This document shows, piece by piece, positions 28,130 to 35,044 of a stretch of DNA of 64,000 bases. A model generated the notes under the pieces. That model made no database searches and was not told where the DNA came from. It was given only the letters and a program-made list of their open reading frames with translations. The translations under genes were made by a program, and so were the position numbers. The first letter of the stretch is position 1. Each line of letters starts with the position of its first letter. Source of the DNA: a virus; IMG/VR virus record IMGVR_UViG_3300042888_001055. One strand, given 5' to 3'.

Positions 28130-28563
28130 ACTATATAGAATATATAAACTTTCCTAGTATACCCAATGAGTTACTAGATCCAATTGAAAATATTATTAAT
28201 AGCACACGAATAAATAGTATTGTTAAGCAAGATTTTTTTCAAGGAAGACCTGTTAGTAACCAATTACAAGACTGGCTTGAAAAGAACCTTTCATTTAACT
28301 TTGTTGCACAATATCAAATAATCTATTCAGGTATACCTATACATAAAGATATGGGTAATAGGAAATTAGCATATAACTATTTACTGGTATTAGGCGGTAG
28401 TAATGTTAAGACCGTAATATTTGACGACAGTAAAAAGATATTACAATCAGAAATATTACCATTACGTACATGGCACAGTATTAAAACTGACATGTTTCAC
28501 GGTGTATTTGGATTACAAAAAGATAATCCTAGGGTATCACTAAGTGTGACACCTAAACAATAA
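28126..28563 (+). CDS. Cupin / Fe(II)-2OG oxygenase-like protein
   Basis: IHKD...FHGV...RV. Confidence 0.6.
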   Translation: MNYIEYINFPSIPNELLDPIENIINSTRINSIVKQDFFQGRPVSNQLQDWLEKNLSFNFVAQYQIIYSGIPIHKDMGNRKLAYNYLLVLGGSNVKTVIFDDSKKILQSEILPLRTWHSIKTDMFHGVFGLQKDNPRVSLSVTPKQ

Positions 28564-28584
28564 AGCCCGGGGTTGCCGGGCCTT
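28562..28584. terminator. Hairpin between convergent genes
   Basis: AAAGCCCGG-GGTTG-CCGGGCCTT. Confidence 0.6.
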
Positions 28585-28604
28585 AAAGTGAGTGTGTGAA
28601 AGTT

Positions 28605-28844
28605 TTATTTCCTATCAAATGCCCAGAATAAAACTCCTAGAGCCACAAGACCTACTAGACCTTGACTACCCAATGCTGTCACAAACTTTAGAACATTACC
28701 TAAAATGTCTAAACCAATGAATGGCACTGCCGCTCCGAAAATGATTTGTAAGATTACGCCTACTGCTAATAACTTAACTCCCATGTCAACTACATGACCT
28801 AGAAATCCACCAGCAATATCGAATGCGTTGTTCATTTTTTCCAT
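28605..28844 (-). CDS. Small membrane protein
   Basis: MEKMNNAFDIAGG..., hydrophobic, SD AAGGA. Confidence 0.7.
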   Translation of the reverse strand: MEKMNNAFDIAGGFLGHVVDMGVKLLAVGVILQIIFGAAVPFIGLDILGNVLKFVTALGSQGLVGLVALGVLFWAFDRK

Positions 28845-28951
28845 GTTTTTGTTTCCTTTCACAAACTAATATTTACCGTTTTGTGAAGGCTTCAAAGCAC
28901 ATTCTCTTTACATTATTAGACTATTCTTATTACACAATAAGTCTATATATT

Positions 28952-29027
28952 TGGAGTAGGTGACAGGAGTCGAACCTGCATAGCACGGATTTGCAATCCG
29001 CTACCTAACCATTCGGTACACACCTAC
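28952..29027 (-). tRNA. tRNA-Cys(GCA)
   Basis: Cloverleaf, U73. Confidence 0.92.
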
Positions 29028-29032
29028 ATAAA

Positions 29033-29119
29033 AGCATATTGAAACACACTAACTACCTTGGTATGTACTAAAGTTCAATGAACCGCTACGACCCTATCTT
29101 TAATGTGCTTCAATATGCT
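29033..29119 (-). ncRNA. Closed-stem small RNA A
   Basis: 20-bp terminal stem; both arm differences are G-U pairs on minus strand. Confidence 0.6.
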
Positions 29120-29122
29120 CTG

Positions 29123-29311
29123 CGTCCCCCGGCGGTAATTATAGTACAAAAAGATATGACGCTATCATACCCCTCACACGTACCTTCCACCCGCTTCCCG
29201 ACAGGGACCGTTCTCGCATTGCTAGCGGCCTTTAGGTTCAAAGACTACCACCCGTAGTTGTCACACTACTTCTCATCGTGCGGGTCACACTATCCGAAGA
29301 CACTCGGAACG
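29123..29311 (-). ncRNA. About 190-nt multi-helix pseudoknotted RNA
   Basis: GC-rich; nested helices plus 9-bp pseudoknot (see findings). Confidence 0.65.
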
Positions 29312-29329
29312 TTCTTTTATAAATACAGT

Positions 29330-29512
29330 ATGGAACTACAAAACTGTATTGATGTTGTTGAAAAGTTGTTGCGTCAAAACAAACGTAATTACAAAGATAG
29401 CCACGAACAGTTATTATATGAACGGGGTTACCTCACTGGATTGCTTGCTCGTATGATGAGTGATGATCCTAGTATCTTACATCAAATCATAAACAAAACA
29501 AATAATCGCTGA
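29330..29512 (+). CDS. Small hypothetical protein (60 aa)
   Basis: MELQNC...LYERGYLTGLLA; TATAAATA 4 nt upstream. Confidence 0.6.
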   Translation: MELQNCIDVVEKLLRQNKRNYKDSHEQLLYERGYLTGLLARMMSDDPSILHQIINKTNNR

Positions 29513-29513
29513 T

Positions 29514-29605
29514 TGGTGGAGACGGTGAGATTCGAACTCACGGTACGTGTTGCCACATACGACAGGTTAGCAACCTGCTGCCTTCGGCCACTCGGCCACG
29601 TCTCC
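29514..29605 (-). tRNA. tRNA-Ser(GCT)
   Basis: Class II cloverleaf. Confidence 0.92.
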
Positions 29606-29612
29606 TAATACT

Positions 29613-29689
29613 TGGTGCCTCCACCTGGACTCGAACCAGGAACCAACGGATTATGAGTCCGCTGCGCTAACCAATTGCGCTATAGAGGC
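29613..29689 (-). tRNA. tRNA-CAT, probably Ile2 (lysidine type)
   Basis: GACTCATAATC arm and T arm resemble proteobacterial Ile2. Confidence 0.8.
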
Positions 29690-29698
29690 ATCATTCTT

Positions 29699-29783
29699 TG
29701 GTGCGAGTGGGCGGGGTCGAACCGCCATGCCTTGCGACGCCAGATTTTAAGTCTGGAGAGTATACCGATTTCTCCACACTCGC
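29699..29783 (-). tRNA. tRNA-Leu(TAA)
   Basis: Class II cloverleaf. Confidence 0.92.
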
Positions 29784-29830
29784 ATTATTGTTAACATTAT
29801 ATATCATACAATGATTGTTGTCAAATAATT

Positions 29831-29907
29831 TGGCGCACCGTAGGGGACTTGAACCCCTGGCCTCATGCGTGACAGGCATGCGATCTAACCAACTGATCTA
29901 ACGGTGC
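29831..29907 (-). tRNA. tRNA-Asp(GTC)
   Basis: Cloverleaf, G73. Confidence 0.92.
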
Positions 29908-29980
29908 AAATATGAAACAGGACACCCCTTTGGCCTAGGTCATTTAAGAGTACGCCTGCCCAGCGACTCTCCTATATTCT

Positions 29981-30065
29981 TGGTGGAGATTACCGGGATC
30001 GAACCAGTCGTGCTATAAAGCGGCGGATTTACAGTCCACTGCATCACCATTGATGCTTCATCTCC
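29981..30065 (-). tRNA. tRNA-Tyr(GTA)
   Basis: Class II cloverleaf. Confidence 0.92.
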
Positions 30066-30070
30066 AAGGG

Positions 30071-30135
30071 GAGAGCCACGGTTGCAGGACCTAGTGCTTT
30101 GTTACCAAAGGAAGTATCCAGGCGATGTGGCTCTC
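30071..30135 (-). ncRNA. Closed-stem small RNA
   Basis: GAGAGCCAC/GTGGCTCTC terminal stem, internal CTTTG-GTAA-CAAAG hairpin. Confidence 0.45.
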
Positions 30136-30205
30136 AAAACTCAGTATAATATAGATGTATACAACAAGCCTATTATTGTACATATCTATGTTATGTATTA
30201 GTATA

Positions 30206-30400
30206 AGCTACTTGTTTCCACACAAGCCCTTAATTGAGCGGTTACTCTGTCCATCTCCATTTATTCAAAGTCTGTGTGCAGTTGAGATTCTGCCTATCAG
30301 AGCCTGCGAGGGTATTGTTAATCCTCACGCTAACGGTTTTCTGCCACCGGAACTCTATCGCTATTCAAACGCTACTTTAAGGAAAGTAGTAACCGGATTC
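30206..30400 (-). ncRNA. About 190-nt multi-helix RNA with predicted pseudoknot
   Basis: CGGTTACT/AGTAACCG closing helix, several hairpins, CACACAG/TTGTGTG pseudoknot. Confidence 0.6.
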
Positions 30401-30402
30401 TT

Positions 30403-30477
30403 TGGAAGAGCATAGGAGAATCGAACTCCTCTTCTTAGGATGAAAACCTAATGTCCTAACCGATAGACGAATGCTCC
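30403..30477 (-). tRNA. tRNA-Glu(TTC)
   Basis: Cloverleaf, CCA. Confidence 0.9.
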
Positions 30478-30478
30478 A

Positions 30479-30605
30479 TGTTATTAGTTTTGCTGACGCA
30501 CTATTTGCTATGCTCAACGGAATTATTTGCAAATTTACCGTTTATATACATAGTTAGTTAGAGTTGACGTTTACTCAGGCGCTTACATCAGCAAAACTAA
30601 TAACA
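30479..30605 (-). ncRNA. Rod-shaped RNA with 18-bp terminal stem and internal bubble
   Basis: TGTTATTAGTTTTGCTGA perfect inverted repeat; inner stem. Confidence 0.55.
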
Positions 30606-30606
30606 C

Positions 30607-30676
30607 ACTATATGAAAACACACTACCTCGCTATTTGCGGGCGAGACACCGACTGTATAGTGTGTTTACATATAGT
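30607..30676 (-). ncRNA. Closed-stem small RNA B
   Basis: ACTATATG(T/A)AAACACACTA 19-bp stem. Confidence 0.55.
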
Positions 30677-30764
30677 CCCTGTAACTTAAACAGGGCTATA
30701 TGATAACTCAGAATTTTAAAGAACTTTGTTGATTAGTACGATGACTTTCTCAACTCATGCTATG

Positions 30765-30874
30765 ATTGTATCATAACTACCATTTATTGTCAAATTCTTC
30801 TGTTTCACTGTTTCCCGAGAACTTGTTCAATCAATCTATGAATAGAGTATATCAGATTGAGGATTTATTGTCAA
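30765..30874 (-). promoter_or_regulatory. Two tandem early sigma70-type promoters inside tRNA array
   Basis: TTGACAATAAATGG..TACAAT and TTGACAATAAATCC..TATACT. Confidence 0.75.
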
Positions 30875-30929
30875 ATTTTATCATTTTAGTACTTTATACT
30901 ACATAAAATACTTGATGATAAATATTGTT

Positions 30930-31526
30930 ATGACAACCTCCCTATATGATGATTTAGAATTACCAAAAACTTGCACCTCTGAAGAAATCAAACAAAAATA
31001 CAGAATCTTAGCACAACTACATCATCCTGACAAGGGAGGGGATGTGGAAAAGTTCAAACGGATGAAATTGGCATACGAAGTGTTAAGTGACCCTATCAAA
31101 CGTGAACACTATGATTCGACCGGTGATCATTATAATGATATTAACCTTGACAGTGAGGTTATGGGCAGATTAGCTGTTATGGTTTCACAGTTTGTTCAAC
31201 ATATTAATCCAGAGTTTGATGATTTAATACTAAAAATGAAAATTGAGATTCGTGCATTACAACAACTGACAACAAATGCTATTGTAGAATGTAATGATTT
31301 AATTGCCAAATTTAACATTATTTCTAAAAAGATTAGATTAAAAAAAGAAGGCGAGAACTTGTTAAAGTTGGTAGTTGACAAAAAAGTATTAGGGCTTCAT
31401 AATGAAGTAATTAACCACAAAAGAGGTTTAATTGTTTTTGCTAGGATGTTAGAAGTATTAGACGATTATCACTACAGTAGTGATGAATGGCGATTACTAC
31501 TAGAAAACGTTGATGGTCCGGCGTAG
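30930..31526 (+). CDS. DnaJ (J-domain) protein
   Basis: LYDDLEL...EEIKQKYR.LAQLHHPDKGG...AYEVLSDP.KR..YD. Confidence 0.9.
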   Translation: MTTSLYDDLELPKTCTSEEIKQKYRILAQLHHPDKGGDVEKFKRMKLAYEVLSDPIKREHYDSTGDHYNDINLDSEVMGRLAVMVSQFVQHINPEFDDLILKMKIEIRALQQLTTNAIVECNDLIAKFNIISKKIRLKKEGENLLKLVVDKKVLGLHNEVINHKRGLIVFARMLEVLDDYHYSSDEWRLLLENVDGPA

Positions 31527-31588
31527 AGGAATCGAACCTCTATTGACGGCTTAGAAGGCCGCTGTATGATCCATTATACTAACGCCAG
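31514..31588 (-). tRNA. tRNA-Arg(TCT)
   Basis: Cloverleaf, CCA. Confidence 0.9.
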
Positions 31589-31603
31589 AAGTTTTAAGTT
31601 GTT

Positions 31604-31684
31604 TGGCTCCACGGCTAGGACTCGAACCTAGCTAGCTTTCGCACAGATTAACAGTCTGCTGCCACACCCGGCGGCTCCCGTGGA
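31604..31684 (-). tRNA. tRNA-Asn(GTT), atypical (long variable arm, G8)
   Basis: U1-A72, G73, CT-GTT-AA loop; 11-nt variable region. Confidence 0.8.
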
Positions 31685-31691
31685 ATAATTT

Positions 31692-31767
<76 letters not shown>

Positions 31768-31792
31768 GACTTTTATTTAATAGTATTATACA

Positions 31793-32353
31793 CTAACTTA
31801 ATAATATTCTACTATGTTTTGGAACTCCTGCTAACAAATATTCCATTTGATCAGCAAGAATTGTTCTATGTTGTAATATCATATTTTCGTAGTGGTTTGG
31901 GATGTATGGTAAGTATAGTAATTCCATACGCACTTCTTTTAAACTCTTATGTCCTTTTTTGCTGTTACAATCTTTACATGCTGTAACAACATTCATCCAA
32001 GTATTTTCACCACCTTTGCTTCTAGGGACAATGTGGTCACGACTTAACAGATGATAGTTTGGAAACTGTTCACCGCAATAAGCACATACATGTCTATCAC
32101 GACCAAACAATGTTTTATTAGTTAGTGCAACACATGAATGCTTGTATGGATTGAATCCATGACCTTTAATAGCAATAATGCTACTAGCTTCTAGGTAACT
32201 TAATGTACCGTCATTTTGTATACCACCACGATATTTAGCTACAATATTACCCATTGACCAAGCGATGGCATCTTTTGCTTTATAGGTAATTGCGTCATCA
32301 TTTGATATCCATTGCCGGGGAACTCCCGAGATATCTAGTGCTAGAACAGCCAT
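31793..32353 (-). CDS. HNH endonuclease (McrA-like)
   Basis: RDRHVCAYCG...DHIVPRSKGG...NVVTACKDCNSKK; start MAVLALD with SD AAGGAG. Confidence 0.9.
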   Translation of the reverse strand: MAVLALDISGVPRQWISNDDAITYKAKDAIAWSMGNIVAKYRGGIQNDGTLSYLEASSIIAIKGHGFNPYKHSCVALTNKTLFGRDRHVCAYCGEQFPNYHLLSRDHIVPRSKGGENTWMNVVTACKDCNSKKGHKSLKEVRMELLYLPYIPNHYENMILQHRTILADQMEYLLAGVPKHSRILLS

Positions 32354-32400
32354 AGTGTACTCCTTTTCTGTTATTATCACTATATGTATTTAATGCCTAA

Positions 32401-32475
32401 TGGCGGGTCCTGCAGGAATCGAACCCACATCTCCAAGTTCGAAGCATGGCATTCTATCCATTGAACTAAGGACCC
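32401..32475 (-). tRNA. tRNA-Arg(TCG)
   Basis: Loop CT-TCG-AA; one mismatch in anticodon stem. Confidence 0.85.
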
Positions 32476-32515
32476 TTAATATATCATAACATAAACTATG
32501 TTTGTTGTCAACTAT

Positions 32516-32602
32516 TGGTGCCCCCACTGAGATTCGAACTCAGATTTCCTTTAAGATACTCCCTTTTGAGGAGAGTGACTTTGCCAATTTGTCTATGGGG
32601 GC
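32516..32602 (-). tRNA. tRNA-Leu(CAA)
   Basis: Class II cloverleaf. Confidence 0.9.
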
Positions 32603-32607
32603 ATGTT

Positions 32608-32683
32608 TGGTGCAACCTTGTGGGATCGAACCACGTTCAACGGTTCTTCAGACCGCCGCTATGACTACATCAGCTAAAGTTGC
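32608..32683 (-). tRNA. tRNA-Phe(GAA)
   Basis: Loop CT-GAA-GA (G37). Confidence 0.88.
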
Positions 32684-32694
32684 ATAAATATATA

Positions 32695-32883
32695 ATGTCT
32701 TATATAAAAAGATTTATCATTCTTTTCCCCACTCCATTGTTTATGATTATGGGGTTTTTTAATCTGTTTCACGTTAATCCACATATGTGCGGTGGACATG
32801 ATGGTCAATCATTTGAAATGACTTTAATGTGGTTTGCTATGTCGATTGCACATTGTAGACCATGGCTTGATTATATAGATTAA
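32695..32883 (+). CDS. Small membrane protein
   Basis: PTPLFMIMG...EMTLMWFAMSIAH; TAAATA 4 nt upstream. Confidence 0.6.
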   Translation: MSYIKRFIILFPTPLFMIMGFFNLFHVNPHMCGGHDGQSFEMTLMWFAMSIAHCRPWLDYID

Positions 32884-32887
32884 TATT

Positions 32888-32963
32888 TGGGGTGAAGGAT
32901 GGGACTCGAACCCACAACCAACGGAATCACAATCCGTTGCTCTACCATTGAGCTACCAACACC
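32888..32963 (-). tRNA. tRNA-His(GTG) copy 1
   Basis: G-1/C73. Confidence 0.9.
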
Positions 32964-33133
32964 ATAAAAAGATGGGAGCCTAGCTATCTTATTGTTAATA
33001 AGCCTCGCTAGATTGTCTCGTATAGGCAAGTTTATACACCCATCAATCATACTATAGTGTCATCACAGTTAACCCCACTGTGATTAGATTGACAGGGACT
33101 CGAACCTATCGTCTATCCCATAACTTTGTAAAA

Positions 33134-33679
33134 TTAATTTGTTAAATAACAGTTGAATAATTGCAATGCAGTATTCCAATCTACCCATTCATTATTAATT
33201 GTCTTTAATTTTAAATTAACACACCATCTTTCATTTATTTGATTAGTGACATTGTGTGGCACAGCACCTTGAAATAAACAGGTGCCATTAATATTTCTAG
33301 ATTCTATGATTCTTAATTTAGTATTGTTGTATTTTCTTATAGTTGTAAACGGTGTTTTTATTACCTCGCCATTATATCCATCAACAGGTTTATACCAAAA
33401 TACTTTACTATTTGTACCACCAATAACCAAATTCAAATTAGTTTGATCGTACACATCATCGTCATCAATATGTATACGTGAAGGTTCATACGTTGCGGCG
33501 TAATACAGTACAATACAATTAACTATTTTAATTTTTCCCGATGATTCAACTAAGTTGAATAATTCAGGATTTAAAATAATATGTGGATTAATTTTAATTA
33601 TCTGTTTAACACTTGTTAAATCAAATTCCGTGTTAAGAAATGGAATCGGTAAATTTAATTTTTGAAAATTTCTAGACAT
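33134..33679 (-). CDS. Cupin / Fe(II)-2OG oxygenase-like protein
   Basis: IHID...PHNVTN...RW; start MSRNF 4 nt after TATAAATA. Confidence 0.65.
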   Translation of the reverse strand: MSRNFQKLNLPIPFLNTEFDLTSVKQIIKINPHIILNPELFNLVESSGKIKIVNCIVLYYAATYEPSRIHIDDDDVYDQTNLNLVIGGTNSKVFWYKPVDGYNGEVIKTPFTTIRKYNNTKLRIIESRNINGTCLFQGAVPHNVTNQINERWCVNLKLKTINNEWVDWNTALQLFNCYLTN

Positions 33680-33736
33680 TTTGTATTTATATACAATTGT
33701 GTTCTGTGGGCAGAACTGATAGTCTATACTATAAAC

Positions 33737-33814
33737 TGGCACCCCCTCAAGGATTTGAACCTCGGAGTGTCGGAATCAAAATCCGATGCCTTAGACCAAC
33801 TTGGCGAAGGGGGT
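33737..33814 (-). tRNA. tRNA-Gln(TTG)
   Basis: Cloverleaf. Confidence 0.9.
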
Positions 33815-33819
33815 ATAAA

Positions 33820-33896
33820 TGGTAGCTTCACTGTGACTCGAACACAGGACCCCCGCCTTATCAAGACGGTGCTCTAACCAACTGAGCTATGAAGCT
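33820..33896 (-). tRNA. tRNA-Ile(GAT)
   Basis: Cloverleaf. Confidence 0.92.
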
Positions 33897-33901
33897 GAAA
33901 C

Positions 33902-33976
33902 TGGTGGATGTAAGTAGATTTGAACTACTGACCTATTCCGTATGAAGGAATTGCACTACCGCTGTGCTATACATCC
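33902..33976 (-). tRNA. tRNA-Met(CAT), probably elongator
   Basis: Loop TT-CAT-AC. Confidence 0.85.
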
Positions 33977-33977
33977 A

Positions 33978-34054
33978 TGGGGTGCTTGATGGGATTCGAA
34001 CCCACGTATATCGGAATCACAATCCGAGGTCTTAACCGCTTGACGACAAGCACC
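33978..34054 (-). tRNA. tRNA-His(GTG) copy 2
   Basis: G-1/C73. Confidence 0.92.
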
Positions 34055-34055
34055 A

Positions 34056-34145
34056 TGGTAGAAACGGTGAGATTTGAACTCACGGACCCTTTCGGACCGA
34101 CAGTTTTCAAGACTGTTGCAATAAACCAAACTCTGCCACGTTTCC
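34056..34145 (-). tRNA. tRNA-Ser(TGA)
   Basis: Class II cloverleaf. Confidence 0.92.
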
Positions 34146-34151
34146 ATAATA

Positions 34152-34227
34152 TGGTGGGACCAGGGCGGTTCGAACGCCCGACCAATGGATTAAAAGTCCA
34201 CTGCTCTACCGACTGAGCTATGGTCCC
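34152..34227 (-). tRNA. tRNA-Lys(TTT)
   Basis: Cloverleaf. Confidence 0.93.
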
Positions 34228-34233
34228 ATATAT

Positions 34234-34310
34234 TGGTGCGACCGGAAGGACTTGAACCTCCGACTCCCTATTTCGTAGACAGGTACTCTAATCCACTGAG
34301 TTACGGTCGC
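34234..34310 (-). tRNA. tRNA-Arg(ACG)
   Basis: Cloverleaf. Confidence 0.92.
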
Positions 34311-34390
34311 ATTCTAAAACACACATAGTACACCCTAGTCAACAGGGTTGCCGCACAGGCCATACTGTTCAACTATGTATGCTTTAGAAT
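34311..34390 (-). ncRNA. Closed-stem small RNA C
   Basis: 19-bp stem ATTCTAAAGCATACATAGT/ACTATGTGTGTTTTAGAAT with two G-U pairs on minus strand. Confidence 0.6.
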
Positions 34391-34539
34391 GCCCAGTATC
34401 ACTACCGGACATGATAGGGTCAATACCCTACCCAGTAGTCTTACTAACATGTTGTCTCCATGCTTTCATATATACTGTCCGCCCATTCTATACATTTAAC
34501 GCTGTATTACGGCTCTCGTTGCCTATTCACGCTATCTAT

Positions 34540-34707
34540 TCAATCAGTATAAGTTAGTTGGTTAACTTTCTTAGTAGCCTCATGATGGACTTTAGCACGT
34601 TGAAATTTATCCTCTATCAACTGTGCTACTTGCTCCTTAGTCAAAACATGATTGCTAAACCAATCTTGTTTGTTTTCAGAAGTTTTGTATTCTATCTGTT
34701 CATCCAT
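34540..34707 (-). CDS. Small hypothetical protein (55 aa) right after the attenuator terminator
   Basis: MDEQIEYKTSENKQDWFSNHVLTKEQVAQLIEDKFQRAKVHHEATKKVNQLTYTD; SD GAGGA. Confidence 0.5.
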   Translation of the reverse strand: MDEQIEYKTSENKQDWFSNHVLTKEQVAQLIEDKFQRAKVHHEATKKVNQLTYTD

Positions 34708-34717
34708 TTATTGTCAA
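34689..34717 (-). promoter_or_regulatory. Early sigma70-type promoter at head of tRNA array
   Basis: TTGACAATAAATGG...TAGAAT, 17-nt spacer. Confidence 0.7.
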
Positions 34718-34728
34718 ATCCTCTCTGT

Positions 34729-34768
34729 AAAAGCAAAAACCCCTGAGACTTTTTAGTTCCCAGGGGTT
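34729..34768 (-). terminator. Intrinsic terminator (putative attenuator)
   Basis: CCCCTGGGAAC-TAAAAA-GTCTCAGGGG-TTTTTGCTTTT. Confidence 0.85.
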
Positions 34769-34795
34769 AGATAAATGTGTTATGATGTTAACTTG

Positions 34796-34933
34796 TTACC
34801 TAGTCCCCGGGGTTCTCTCTTGGTTATCATTTGAACCGCGAATACTTGTTGGATATGCTGGTACAAAGGATACACTGGCTAACGTTAGCCACTGTCCGGT
34901 ATGCTTCAGCATGTTACAAGTTTTATTCATCAT
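34796..34933 (-). CDS. Putative attenuator leader peptide containing all 20 amino acids (45 aa)
   Basis: MMNKTCNMLKHTGQWLTLASVSFVPAYPTSIRGSNDNQERTPGTR; ends 28 nt before terminator; 3' end complementary to terminator 5' arm. Confidence 0.65.
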   Translation of the reverse strand: MMNKTCNMLKHTGQWLTLASVSFVPAYPTSIRGSNDNQERTPGTR

Positions 34934-34988
34934 AGTCTCTTATTTAGTCCTGGGTGTAAAAATTACACCTTTTTTCAATTCATGCTGA

Positions 34989-35017
34989 AGTATAGCACAA
35001 GTAGGCATTAATGTCAA
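34989..35017 (-). promoter_or_regulatory. sigma70-type promoter for the leader (late-type CTAAATA also at 34941-34947)
   Basis: TTGACA-17nt-TATACT. Confidence 0.75.
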
Positions 35018-35044
35018 CACTTTTTTCATTTATTTACCCAAAAA

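Noticed and set aside
29916-29975. GC-rich stretch 3' of tRNA-Tyr as an HDV-like (theta) ribozyme
   Set aside because: Could not fit the nested double pseudoknot by eye, and tRNAs already encode CCA
29121-30400. tmRNA or RNase P identity for the large structured RNAs
   Set aside because: No tRNA-like ends or tag ORF and no GAGGAAAGTCC core
34782-34988. Plus-strand 68-aa ORF over the leader region
   Set aside because: Promoter, terminator U tract and downstream tRNAs are all minus-strand; no plus-strand signals
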